A stretch of DNA of 64,000 nt, from the NCBI RefSeq assembly GCF_006345805.1, contig NC_043001.1, forward strand, positions 41,664,001-41,728,000. Reading direction: 5' to 3'. The notes beneath the pieces are model-generated. The model saw nothing but the letters and a program-made list of their open reading frames with translations. It ran no database searches and had not been told where the DNA came from. A program made the translations under genes and the position numbers. This DNA is from Octopus sinensis (lineage: Eukaryota). Below are positions 25,846-39,569 of this stretch, piece by piece; position 1 is the first letter of the stretch; every line of letters begins with the position of its first letter.

Positions 25846-26089
25846 TTATGTAAATATTTGTATATGTATGTAAGTGTGTGAGTGGGGTTGTTTATACATA
25901 CACACATATATGCAGATGTAAATCTGTATGTGCCTGTATGTGTCAAAGCAATTATCAACATGCCATTCTAGCAGACATTGCTATTGTGTTGGCAGCTAAT
26001 ATGAGAACTTATTAATCAAGTGAGATCATTATATCTTTATCATTAATCAGGTATGAAATGTTGTTGGAAAATAAAATAAAATATAAATA

Positions 26090-26562
26090 AAAAAGAAAAT
26101 ACTTATTTTATTGAGATTTCATACTACCTCTACTGAGATATTCTTCAATTTTTGAAGTGGGTGTTTATTTAACAGTATGAAGAGATTAATTCTGTGTACC
26201 TTTTCAATATTTTAGTTTGATGCTTCTAGAGCAATAGATTTTTTCATAAAGTAGGGGCTAAAAGAAGCATTCGATTGGATATATATAGGTTCTTCATATA
26301 ATAGTCATCATTCAATGATATAGAGTATACTGTTTTTACCAAAAGCCAGGTATGGGGTGCTAGTTCTGTGTCCAATCTCCTTTACCAATATTTAAATGTA
26401 TAATTATGTTGATGAGATCTATTCTTAAACTGGTTTGTAGTTATTTCTCCATAATTAATACCATTTGGATTAATGTAACAGTGGCTGGATTTTTTCAGAC
26501 AGTTTCCATTAACTAGATACCTGTCTGATGTGGTAATTGCACTTCCATACTCTTTTGGTTTG

Positions 26563-26597
<35 letters not shown>

Positions 26598-28150
26598 TTC
26601 ATCATCGTAGTCATAACTTACTGTCCTCCTTCCATGCTGACATCAATTGGACAGATCAACAAGACTTGGCAAGTCCTGTGTTCTGATGAACATATTTGTG
26701 TTTTGATGGATCAAATTATTATTCCTTATTTTATTACTATTATTGGATGTTAAGATATTAGTAGAGTTTGTAGGCAATAAATATTTTAAGTGTATTTGGG
26801 TTAAAGATTTTCTCCTGGACTTATACCTGTAGCTGGGGAAATGAGTTCTTACTAACTGGAGAAATATTTTACCTGTCAGTCTGTTTATATTTATAGAATA
26901 TGGTGGATTGTACCACATAGCCTTTCTGTTGTGCTTCTTTCCAAGATGTGACCATGATATTTAATGGTTCCTTTGAAACCACTTGGCAGTGAATTATTGT
27001 CTCTATTTACTATTCTGTTGAGTGAAACTATCAGCGGAGATTGTTGAGATTTGTTTCCTGAAGTTAGTGGGTAGATTTCTAAGAATATATCGTAAATGAT
27101 CTCAATTGTAATGCATATATACATAAGAATCAGTTGTTTGGCTTAATGTATGATTGGAATGAGGTTGAACGTAACATCTGTGAAATTGACTATCATGATG
27201 TTATTACATTACTGTAATCTTGACATTCAAGTATTGAAATGTTTCATGAGATCTTTTCTGAAGTCATTTGTCTTCTATCCATTTACATTTTTTATATTTA
27301 AAAGACCAGCACCTCTATAAATTTTTTTGTTAATAATGTTATACTTATTATGAATTAAATCTAGAATATATATATCATCCAATCAACTTTGAAATTTCTA
27401 AGGAAGTTTGTTGTACTTTTTCATCCATTTGCAATTGTTAAGGATGATTGATTTTTTTGGTATGTATTATTATTATTCGTATGGCATTACCAATGATGGT
27501 AGTTTGGAGTTTTACTTATTCTGAGGCTGTTTATAATAATGATGAGTGGATCAACTTGGGTAAATACATATAATTCCATTGCTTATCTGGATTGTTATTC
27601 ATCAACTTATAAGGAATGCACTTCTGTATCAAAGTGTTAATCTGGGACTTTTTAGATAATATATAACTAGTGAGAGTCAGTAAAAGCATATTAAATTTTA
27701 TCTGATTTTACCAATTCATCCTAGCTTTGTTTTCATTGAGTTGATGAGTCTGGTTGTGAAGTTAATCATCAAGTTGAATTTATGGTTCTTGAGGCTTTTT
27801 CAGTGCAAGAATTTCTACCTTTTTAAAAGGTTCAAGGCTATATCTTTGACAGCATTGTTTATTGAATTTAAAATATTATTGGTGCTTTATTTGTTGTTGA
27901 TGGTGATGCTATTTGTCAATAGTTCAAGTCACATGAATTCTATGTTTTGTCTGCCTTCACAAATATTTTGCTTGGTTTCTGTGTGTTCATTATGTTTTTT
28001 GCTAATTTTTGCCTGGAGTTCATATTTTTTGCTATTTTGAAGAAGTCCTCAGAATGTTTGAGTAGTTTGTTACTAAGTATTTTCTAATCTTGAAAATGAA
28101 TTTGGAATCTTTTAGTGTATTTTTTCATTGTCTTCTTTGTTGAAAAATAA
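26090..28150 (-). mobile_element. Penelope-like element (RT plus GIY-YIG), decayed, with a LINE-tail insertion at about 26560-26690
   Basis: VNFTDVTFNL (approximating VNFLDVTFNL), WYNPPYS, NGNCLKK and TTNQFKNRSHQHNYTFK. Confidence 0.82.
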
Positions 28151-28769
28151 CATCTCACAGTGCATTCTTTTAAGTCTTCAATGAAATACATTAAACATTT
28201 ATTATTAAAGTAATTTGCATGTGGTCATGCCTAAAATTTTTTTTGTGGAAAGGTCTACTAGATGGATGTGTGTGTGTGTATATGTGTGTTTAAAGTGCAA
28301 AGATTATTCTATTCTGTGAGGAGTATAGTAGTAGGAATAAAGCAATGTAAATCAAAAGAGAACTCAATGCCAAAATGCAGAGTAAAATACGTATTTTTAA
28401 CTGTTATATGTGTGCTTGCATCTGTGTGTTGGCACATTAATTTGAACAGCATGATGCATGTTGAAGCAGTGTTCCATCATTCAACAGTGTGATTAATATG
28501 TACAACACTGTACATTCTGTGCATATGTGTGAGTATATTTTCACATGCAACTACATCTGAATTTCATCTGAAGTATCAAATATTCTCTAGTTACATAGAG
28601 ATATATTTGTGTATTCCCATGTTTTCTTCTTAGTCTTACTTTGATAAGCCTGAACAGGAGCTTATTTTTTTCTCATTTCTGAAAATGTATAAATATATAA
28701 CAGTATCTATGTACTTTTTTAAATATCTGTTCACTCTAGCACATACTTCATATAGAATGCATGCATAAG

Positions 28770-29092
<323 letters not shown>

Positions 29093-29366
29093 CTGAAGAT
29101 ATATATACATACATACACAGGTCTGTGTTTCGAAACATGACCAGCCATATCAGAAACTGATTTCCTATATATACACACCTCACCATACACAAACACATGT
29201 TTTGATGAGATTTTCAATTCAGCCTCAGTATACTTTTTTTCTTTTTTTCATATTGATTTAAGATTTTTTTTTCTTTTTTCCTCTCCAGATATTTTTGTAA
29301 ATGCTGAAAGGAATATTGGAAAAGTTAATTCTATATTAGCATCTAAATACAACCCATGTGCTCACT

Positions 29367-29367
<1 letters not shown>

Positions 29368-29438
<71 letters not shown>
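29368..29438 (+). repeat. (CA)n microsatellite
   Basis: Direct read. Confidence 0.95.
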
Positions 29439-29442
<4 letters not shown>

Positions 29443-29915
29443 CACATTCATTCATTCATTCACAAGCTGTTCAAGATAATTGATTCCCAGAAACTTTTGA
29501 TGCTAGTGTTTTACTATCATTTCTGTTTCATCTTGGATTTTAGACACTTTCCTTTCAGTTTTAAATGAAAACAATGGATAAAGTCCTTAATTGAAAGAAA
29601 ATTATTTGGATTTGGCAAACGCAATATAATTATTCTCAGAATTTTCTGAAAAGTATTTCCCTTTTTAGATAGTGTACTGGCCTTTTTTTCTTCTTTTTCT
29701 TGCATACATTTTATATTTCAAAACAAGATTAAGGCAAACAGTTTAATGAAATGCAAAATTTTTAAAAAGATTATTGCTTGTTTTTTTTTTTTTTTCTATT
29801 TATGAAGTAGATCAGCATGTTTGTTTTGATTAATTTATCTGTTATATTGTTATGTAAAAGTGGGTAATACAGTTTGTTTGCATCATATAGACGAAATAGG
29901 TCTAAAACTATTCTT

Positions 29916-30215
29916 TGCTTAATTGTTGTGGCAAGTTTTATATAAAGATTTTTGCATGATTAACAGCTATATGTTACAGGGATGTAGAGATGGCTAATTT
30001 CCACTCAAGTCACAATTCAAAATAAGATATATATATATCATCATCATCATCATCATTTAACGTCCATTTTCAATAATGATGATGATATATATGTATATAT
30101 ATATCTTATTTTGAATTGTGACTTGAGTGGAAATTAGGCATCTCCACATCCCTGTAACATACAGCTGTTAATCATGCAAAAATCTTTATATAAAACTTGC
30201 CACAGCAATTAAGCA
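29916..30215. repeat. Near-perfect inverted duplication (about 112-bp arms, 4 mismatches) centred on an RTE tail stub
   Basis: 29916-30027 is the reverse complement of 30103-30215; the centre is (TA)n (CAT)n ttaacgtccattttc aata (ATG)n (TA)n. Confidence 0.92.
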
Positions 30216-30221
30216 TACATA

Positions 30222-30480
30222 TACATGTGTTTTTCTGCTTCTTTTTTCTTTTTTCTTTTTCTTTTTCTCAATACCCTTTAATATTATATTAATCTCTTCT
30301 TTTCTTTATTTAAGACACAAAATATACACTACCTGTTGGATTGTGGCATTATTATTATATAATTGTAGATACATGCATTTTTCTGCTTCCTTTTTTTCTT
30401 TTTCTCCTTCTCAATACCCTATAATAGTATATTAATCTCTTCTTTTCTCTTTCTTTAAGACATAATATATACTACCTTCT
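30222..30480 (+). repeat. Direct tandem duplication (about 115-bp unit, about 148-bp period) in a T-rich, Penelope-tail-like region
   Basis: tacatg..ttttctgcttc...tcaataccc...taatctcttc...taagaca...actacc occurs twice. Confidence 0.8.
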
Positions 30481-30590
30481 CCCCCTATGTTAGAGTGAGC
30501 CCTTCCATAACCAGCTCTTTTTGTATATTTGCAATCAGTTAATGGTCTTATAGCTGTTATCTCAACATGTATTTCTAATCGGTATGTCCT

Positions 30591-30680
30591 TACTACCTCT
30601 GAAGAGATTCATCTTATAATTAATTTTTAAATTAATTAGCTAAAGATTTCTGTATCGAAACAGCTGTCAGAGATGTTGTC
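30591..30680 (+). ncRNA. Minimal type I hammerhead ribozyme motif (Penelope-associated type)
   Basis: CTGAAGA at 30599-30605, stem II G30606..C30656, GAAA at 30657-30660, palindromic stem III ACAG/CTGT, GUC cleavage triplet ending at 30668. Stem I is weak. Confidence 0.6.
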
Positions 30681-30855
30681 ATATTTTATAATTAATAAGT
30701 AATTTTATTAATTACCTCTCCATTTTCTCCTTATTCTTTAAATATATAATGAACCACGGTTTATATGGTTACCTTATAGTTGAACTTTCGATAGACTGGT
30801 AACTAACCAGTATTTTCATTGGATTTATGATCCCTTAATAACCTTTACTTGGTTT

Positions 30856-30894
<39 letters not shown>

Positions 30895-30897
<3 letters not shown>

Positions 30898-31610
30898 GTA
30901 AAGATTATTTACCATCCTAATGTGGCAGTCTTGGTTAGGACGAATGCTGCTTTTGTTTAGCCCCAGGTGATATCATCTTCAGCTAGCAATACAACACACA
31001 ATCTGTGTCCTTATATTTTCAAACAGGAAAGTTTAGCACCCCCAGTCAGTATAAAGCAGTATCTGAGGACCGCATGGTTTCAGGGTTATTTCCTTTCATT
31101 GGCACAGAATAACTGTTTGGCAGAGATGGCACTGCTAAGCCCTCATTCAAAAATATATATATTTTTTTTTAGTGACACACAGTCATTGATCTAATAAATA
31201 GAAACATTATTGTTCCTAAATCTCTCAATGAAAACTATTCAGTAGAAATACTTTAAAGTAAAGGTTATTTTCCAGCCTAATGTGACAGTCCTGGCTGGAA
31301 TGGATGCTACTGTTGTTTAACCCCAGGATACATTGTCTCCAGCTGGCTGTATGACACACAATCAGTGTCTTAATATCCACAAATACTGCTTTGTGCTGGG
31401 TGGAGGTGCTAAACTCCTCTGTTCAAAAATATAAGGACACAGATTATGTGTCATATAGCCAGCTGGATACAATGTCTCTTGGGGCTAAACAACAATAGCA
31501 TTCATCCCAACTGGGACTGCCACATTAGGTTGGCAAATAATCTTTACTTTAAGTACTGCTACTGAATATCATTGAGAGATTTAGGAACAACAATTTTTAT
31601 ATATATAGAT
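30895..31610. mobile_element. Three copies of one non-autonomous repeat (direct, direct, inverted) with a Helitron-like 5' end
   Basis: aagtaaag.ttattt...cctaatgtg.cagtc occurs at 30897 and 31256 (+) and at about 31550 (-). The minus copy starts atctatatatataaaaattg. Confidence 0.7.
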
Positions 31611-31691
31611 ATATATATGATATATAATATATATATATTAAATGATATGAAAGAATATTTGTGTGTTAGTCATTTAATACAATTCCTGAGA

Positions 31692-31910
31692 AAAGGTGGC
31701 GAGCTGGTAGAATAATTAGCACACTAAGCAAAATGCTTAGTGGCATTTTGCCCAACTTTATGCTCTGAGTTCAAATCCCATCAAGGTCAACTTTGCCTTT
31801 CATCCTTTTGGTTGTCAATAAAATAAGTACCAGCTGAGCACTGAGGGTGATGCAATCAACTTAACTCCTTCCCTGAACTTGCTGATTTTGTGCCAGAATT
31901 TGAAACCGAT
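31692..31910 (+). mobile_element. SINE family A
   Basis: ggtggcgagctggtagaat...ctttgcctttcatcc...taaaataagtaccag. Confidence 0.85.
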
Positions 31911-32449
31911 ATAACTTTTGAGTTGCACTAGTCCATTCAGCAATGAAGAAAGTTCATTCACAATAACAATCCTCGTCTATATCCTGTCAGCACTTGAAAA
32001 TTTTTTAACTACCATGTTTATTCATGTATAGGATATACTCTTGCATAAGACAAACACATTTTGTGGAAAATCTAATGTATTTAATCATACACCCATATAC
32101 TCAGTATCCCTTCTATAATGTGGTTGCATTAAACACTTGGTAATTATTTGTTTGTTACATTTAAAAATAAAAAAAGTGCATCTTATGCACCAGCATATAT
32201 AGTACATGGTACAGTGTATTCAGCAGGAGAAGATCTTGCCATCATGTGATGGAATCTCTAGCTGATGTTGCAGCAAAATTAGCTGACTAAAAAGCAGGCC
32301 AGTCATGTGACTAGTAAGAGAAGCAAATATTAGTCACTACAGTATAACTGATTGAGAAGTTGCTGTTGTAAAATAAGCCCTAAGTCAGCATTAATTTAGT
32401 AGTTCTACAGTCAAAGGCATTCCAGGCATGACCATCCTATCTTTTTATA

Positions 32450-33676
32450 TTAAGGCGTTCGGAAAGTAATTGCGGTTTTTCACCACTATGAAATATGAAT
32501 CAACCAAACATGTCAGAGCTAAGGTCGAATGGGCAGGAACTGTCTAGAAATCATATATCATCTCGTCTATCCAATAATGTGTCATTCATAGTTATTTCAG
32601 TAATTACCCCTGTATTAATTCTGTACTTAATTCCTTACTGTATGAGTTTCAAAAGAAAAGTACCACTACAGAATCAATGAAAAACATTTGTGAAAGGTAT
32701 CCCGATACAGTGAAAGCTCATACATGTCAGCTGTGGTTTAAAAGGTCTAAAGATGGCAATTGTTATATATCTGCTCTGGAAGATGACCCACTCTGAATGA
32801 TAATTTTTTGAATGCGACTGTTACAAAAGATCCACGTCAAAGCACCAGAGATTTGATACAAAAACTCAAGGTGTCATGTTCAACTATCCACAAACATCTC
32901 AAGCAAATGGGGAAAACATGGAAAGAGGGAACTTGGGTTCCACGTGAACTTACACTTGAGAGCAGAACACAATGTTCCATCATCTACAGCAGTCATCTTA
33001 CCAGGAATAACAACCTGTCATTTCTGCAGTACATTGTTACAGATGATGAAAAATGGGTTTTTTTTTGCATCACAACAGAAACTGAAAAAACATGGTTATC
33101 ATGTAATGAGAGGCCTGTACCAACACCAAAACCAGAACTCCATCCACAAAAATCCTTGCTCAGTGTTTAGTGGAACATGAAAGGTATTGTCCATTACAAG
33201 CTACTGGAACATGGAAAGACCATCAATGCAGATGCCTATTGCCAACAGCTTGATCATATAAAAGTGGCAAACTTTGGTAAGCAGGAAAGGTGTTATTCTT
33301 CAGCATCACAATGTATGGCCACACTCTTCAAAACAAACCCAAGAGAAAATAAGACCGTTAGGATGGGAAGTTCTTCCACATCCTTCATCTTCATCTGACA
33401 TAGCAACCATGGATTTCCATCTGCTTCAATTACTAGAGCATTTTATAAGAGGCAAAATATTCAGAAAGAGAGAGGAAGTTGAAAACAGTCTTTCAGACTT
33501 TTTTCAGAAGAAATAGGTTACTTTGAATGTTGCATAAAAAGTTACTTTTCTATTTAGCTACAGTCATTGAAAACAATAGTGATTACACTCTTGATTAAAA
33601 CTATTCAGATAAACATAGTTTACATTGGTTTTTATATCTGTTCTGGTAAAACACAATTACTTCTCAAACACCTTAA
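32450..33676 (+). mobile_element. Full-length inactivated mariner (TIR resembles Hsmar1/cecropia type)
   Basis: ta|ttaaggcgttcggaaagtaattgcgg ... acacaattacttctcaaacaccttaa|ta; WVPREL, IVTDDEKW and DIATMDFHL remnants. Confidence 0.92.
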
Positions 33677-35767
33677 TATATTCAGGATTTCATTCCCTAA
33701 TATGTCCTTCATTTGTTAATATAGTAGCAAGGGATTTGAGGGCCCCTAACTTCTATTTCTAGGGGTTTGAATGACTACACAGAACTGCCTTCATAGGTTC
33801 ATAAATCGAGGAATAGAACTCTAACTATTTCAGTTTGAGATATAATTAACTCCTATAACAGATTTTGATATGTTTGGAGGGGAAATAACAGGTTTGACAG
33901 AGTTATTATTTTGTGCAGTACAATATATTGTTGTATATCTTTTATCAAGGGATATAGAAAACATTGGCTGAAACAAGATTAGAGTGGAAAGTGGATAGAA
34001 ATGGCAGAATACTAAAATAAATACTGTGCAGTATTTTGGCTCTATGTTCTAATCTAGCCAGGTTCAATTTACTTATTCATCCTTCTGAGCTTGCTTAAAG
34101 TACAAGTTATACATTGGAGATAATTCAATTGACTTTGATCTTGTTCTACAAAATTAGACCTTGATCTTAGACGAGAGAAATTTATATACATCATCATCAT
34201 ATCATTCTCAACCTCATCCTCACCGTCATCATTTTACACTAATTTTTCCATGCTGGCATGTGGCATAGGTTGGCTAGGTCTCACATCTCCTGTTTCCTTA
34301 TGTATGTCATCATCTGGCACACACAGCAACAGAATAAAACAAACATCTTTGTTACACAAACAAGGTTGTGTTTGACAAGACTAGAGCGTTTACTCTAAAT
34401 CACATTGCCTCCATTCCTTCTTTCCTTGATTCTGGCAGCTTTTTACAGCTCGATAGTATTCTTATCACCAGCTAACTTACAGTATAGACTGAATATATTT
34501 TATCATGACTAAAGGGTACTTTACAACACTATTATTAATGCATCTCTTCTATATTTTAGCATTGTTCTTTACAACTAGATGCCCTTCCTATACCAACCAC
34601 TTTACAGCATTTCATCAAACTACTGGTACAAAATTAATGTCTCTTGGTATTTTCTTGTTTTCAGTTCAGACCCTGTTGAATTGACTTATCTTATATCCCT
34701 TTGGCATTGATGAAATAATTGTATGATATTTGAAGTTGATTAAATTGGTTGCATCTGTCAAATAATTTACATGTCAATGTAAAAATTTATATTGTGAATC
34801 AGGATTAAAATTATATCATGTTTGATTTGCTGTTAGTGGGTAGCTCCTGATTAGCCTTGATTGAGCAAACTTACAATACAGGTAAAGAACTGAATGAGAC
34901 TGGATGCAATATTTCATCATCCCACCAGCATTCTTATCATGACTATCTATTCTATTCTTCTTCTTTCTTTTTTTATTTTTTATTTGTTTGTTTGCGTACT
35001 ATATCCAGCACTTGGTTACCCAATATACTCATCTGCAAATCAGGTTTAAAATGAAATTGCTATTTCTAGGAAACTGAGTGAGCCCCTAGAAGTTTCCATG
35101 TAGGACTTCCAATGGTCAATCCCATAACCAGATTATTTGATCAGTTGTCATTTTTGATCAATTCTTTATACAATCAATAAAAATGTTTCGCTGAAATATT
35201 TTTGTTAGGAATTTAATTTGACATTTTTACCATATTCTATAGAAGAGGTTTCATTTGAAAGGCATTCTTTTTAACAGTAGCAGTACTTCAAGACATATCT
35301 TTATATGATGTGGTCACCAGAAGGGTACCTTGGGTAGTTTCCTTGTTGATCTCCATGATTAGTATAAATCCTAAGATTTTTAGAAAATTTGAAATAGTAT
35401 TTTTGATGTTTGTGCCTTTCTTTAGAATTAGGTAAGTGAAGCAAATATTGTTTCACCCATAAATAAAAAATGATTCACAATCTTATGCTCACTGATAGTT
35501 TACCTTTTATTCTATAACATTAATTTATGATTGGTGTATAAGGCAATTATACAATTGAACCATCTGATTCATTATATCTGATTCATTGACCATGATATAT
35601 GTACAAGCGTCATTTTAATCAACGATACCTGTAGATAATAAATTTATGTTATTCTACCAATGTTAAAAATAAAAGTCATTAAATTAGGTAAAAAAAATAG
35701 TGTTTGGCATCAATATATAGAAATGATTTTAATTTATTCAAAAAGTTGATATTGAGACTTCCAAATA

Positions 35768-36315
35768 CAAGGGTGGGTTGAAAAGTTCATAGGCTGTCTA
35801 TGAAGAAATTATGCTAGAGATGTGAAATCTTGCATGCATTAATTTCAACTCTACTTAATGATTGCATTGTTTCTTTCCAAGTAAACTGACATCTGACTGT
35901 TCAAAGAATAATTCAAAAGTAACTAGTTGCGACAGCTCTTGAAAATGGGCAAAATTGGACATCATAGTGTTATCAAGTACTTGGGGGAAAATGGATTTAG
36001 CCCCCAAGGATATTCATTCTGACATGGTTGCTAAATTAGGGTATGATGCTCCAGCTTTTTCAACCGTGCAGAAGTGAGCAACTGAATTTATGAAGGGAAG
36101 GAGGAGTCTTGAAGATGACCCAAGATTTTGATGTCCTGCAACTGCCACCACCAAGGAAAGCATTGATCATGTTCACCACATAGTGATGGATGACAGGTGA
36201 TTAATTATAATTAAAATAGCCAATGCAAGGGGGACTATGTTGAAAAATAAATCTCATTTTGTTGCATTTTGTGAGAGTATCTTAGTTAACCTAAGAACTT
36301 TTCAGCCAACCCACA
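35768..36315 (+). mobile_element. Internally deleted mariner (about 550 bp) with both TIRs
   Basis: ta|caagggtgggttgaaaagttcatagg ... cctaagaacttttcagccaaccca(ca)|ta; the N-terminal HTH remnant is joined directly to the C-terminal GDYVEK*. Confidence 0.85.
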
Positions 36316-38292
36316 TAGCTAAAGAAAGAGTATTCCATATATTGAGGCCAAAGAAGATAGAATTGACATAGGTTTGCTGAGGGACAAAGAGGGAGAGGCT
36401 GAGAATGTTAGATCAAGATCATATTTAGTACATAACAGTTTATTTTAGATAAGCAAAACTGAGCAAAGTAGTTCCAGGCCATGTTGCACATGAGCTAACT
36501 TCCCACCAGAAATTGACACATATAGTGGAAGAAATTCATGCAACTAGTGAGTGACAAAGAATATAAGAATATATATAGTATGAGATAGAAATAAAAAAAA
36601 AATAGATGAAAATTCATTTATTCTACAGATATGTGCAGTAAACAGTTTTCAATTGCTTGACCTTTTATGATCTGAGGTATTTACCAGTGAGTGACCTTTC
36701 TTAGAAAATCTAATCTATTTGCAGCAACTACAGGAACTAGGGAAATGTAAAATACAATATTCTATGTATAATTACAATAGAATGCCTTGCAGTGGGTTTG
36801 AATTCTGTCATCGCTCAGATGTTTCCCCTTCTGTAAAATGACACAGCTTGTCTATTTATTTTGTAACATACTTCTGGTCTGTTTGACTTGGAGTGAATTG
36901 CGGGATAAGTTAAACTTTTATATCTTATTTCTTAAGTGTAATGTTCAGTGTTTTTTGCTTTTGTTCTTTTTTTTTTTTTTTTTTTTTAGCAGAGAAGGAT
37001 TAAAAGTCTTAAGGAAAAGTTTAATGAGCTAGGAAGCAGTGACCTCAAAAGCAATTTTACATTTCAGACCATAACACTGTGGTTGGCATCAACTTACAAA
37101 GATTTTTAAATGTCTGTCAGAGATACTTTCTTTCTCAGGAATGAAATTTATAGAGAAAAGAGTCTATTGAGTGCTTATGTAAATCTAAATAATTACTTCT
37201 TAATATTTCACTTAGGCATTGTAAGGCCAAAAACCCAGTGTAGAACTCAATATACATATATTTCTGAGCAAAGTATTGGCTGAGTATAGAGCAGTAATAA
37301 GAAAGAGAGATTCAGTTTTCTGTATTTAACTACATGTTTCATACAAGTTAAGTATCCTGCTCAACATACTAGCCATAGAATTATCAGCTTATATCCAACA
37401 AGCTAGAAGTCTAATCCTTTATCCAATTGACTGAGAAAAATCCTAATTATAAACATTAATATAATTAAAATCTTCAACAAAGAAGCAAAATGTTTAAACT
37501 TGGTATATTTTCTCAAGCAAATATTTTTAATTAGTACCTGTAATATTTGGTTCACTAATAAATCAGTAGCTCACCAACTGCTGCATTACAGATTCATATT
37601 TCATTGATCCAACACTTCTGATGAATGAATAAAAATAAGCTTCAGTTTAACTAATGCCTATAAAAGAATTTGGAACAGAAAGCCACTTCTAAAAATATAA
37701 GCTATTACTTTTATTTGGTAGGCTTCTAAATTAGACAGCTAAAAAGGTGGTAAGCAAGTAATAATGATTGCAAATTAATATGACTGCATTGATTATACAA
37801 AGGGTATATTTCTATTTTCTGTAAATCATCTCAATGAATATTCTACAGGGAAATAAGCAAATTGTATTGAGTGTCATTAATTTTTCAATTTTCAAGAGTG
37901 CAAAGGTGAATCAGAAACAAATCTAAATATATTAATCAACTGCAAATCTTCTATTCCAGTAGAATGTGGTAGTTATACAAGCCACACTTCAAAACAATAG
38001 CTAGTTTATTGTATACTTGTCAGCTATAATTTAATATTTTCAAAAGAACATGAAGTCAATTTCATTGGACCATGTAAGAACAAGTAAGACAAGTATTTTT
38101 CTTGAACAGCTACAACACTGTCACTTGCAAATATCATTCAGTTTGAAAAATATATCTTACAATGTGTTAAGATTGATTAGTTTCTCACATTTTCTTTCTT
38201 CCAACTAAGTCTAAGTTAGTTAAAAGATGTTAGTTTGTCTTATTAAGCCTATAGGCCTGTTAAGCCAGAGCTTATCCTTGCTTCCATGACAT

Positions 38293-38520
38293 ATAATCCT
38301 TTTGTTACCATATTTCTGTTGAAATGCACTTTGTTTCAATTAATTTTGAAAATAACAAAGAATTTATTGAAACCACTTTGTCATAAAAGGCTGCTGTTTT
38401 GAATATAAATTAAGATAAAATTTTGATGGAAGGTTTTAATTAAAACCATTTTAAAACAGGGTGTTTGTATTATAGATCCAGGGACAGTTTCATGTGGGTT
38501 GATAATCAAAAGTGGTAACA
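38293..38520. mobile_element. Second piggyBac-type MITE family, decayed termini
   Basis: ataatccttttgttac ... gataatcaaaagtggtaa, approximating ttaaccctttt ... aaaagggttaa. Confidence 0.55.
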
Positions 38521-38539
38521 ATTAACAGTACAAGACTCT

Positions 38540-38735
38540 GTATTGAATGGGATGTCTGCCAGTCACAAGGTTCACATCCTCCACTATCAGCTTCCACGGG
38601 CACTCATTTTCAGCTGAATAAACAGGAATAATGTAAAATTATCTGCCTTGGTTAAAAACACAATGTGCATCCCAATCTGAAAATTGAACCCATTACCTAA
38701 TGATCATGAGTCTAACACTATAACCACTAAGACAT
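38540..38735 (-). mobile_element. SINE family E, decayed
   Basis: ctcattttcagctga ... taaccactaagacat, the reverse complement of body and head. Confidence 0.55.
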
Positions 38736-39569
38736 TTGTCAAGATTGTGAAAGTGTTAGTTCTATGTTATTCATGAGTATGGAGAATATAGTATTGCAAG
38801 TTTGTATTTTTATTAAGTATCATGACTATGTCATCACAAATTATTTTTAGGTTTCTGTTCATAGAATCAATGCATATTTGATGGAATATCTGCAATCAGA
38901 AGATTAAGGAGGAGTGAATGGTAGTATCATCTTTGTAGGACTCTGTACATGAGTAGAGGTAAGTATGAGTAGGTTGTTCATGGACAGAAGAAAAATATGT
39001 GAGGTATATCAAACTTGGCTTGTCCCAAGACTAATGGATTCAGTGAGAGAGTGGGAAGGGGGAGAGACAGACAGACAGATAGAGGTGAGAGAGAGGTGGA
39101 AGGAGGGAGGGAGAGAAAGAGAGAGAGAAGGCTTCAGCAACACACTGAGGGATCATTCTGACTGGAGACTTCTGACCCCCACTTTTGATAACAACCCACC
39201 TGAGACAGCTCCAGGTTCTTTAATACAAACTTTAAAGTTTTAAAGTGATAATGGTTAAAACTTTACATCATAATTTCATATCTCTGCTCATTTACCAACC
39301 ACAAAGTATACTGGGTACATTTTATTACAGTACCAGCACGAGTGAGGTTGCTTTGTATCCTCTAAAACTAAACAGTCCTCACTATTCTGTGATGTGTTTT
39401 TTTTCTTTTTTCTATTCACTCAAGGCACTCTGAGAGAATTGGTAGAAGAGAGAGCAATGTCAGAAGAACCCAGATGAGTGAGTGAGTGGAAGTAGCATGA
39501 ATGAGATGGTAGAAATAAACTAATTGGGATAGAAGAGTGGTAGAGGTGAGGAGAGAGAGTGATGGAGAA

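Noticed and set aside
29093-29150. CTGAAGA...CGAAACATGAC hammerhead-like string
   Set aside because: U16.1 is missing, there is no stem I, and the linker is microsatellite; likely chance.
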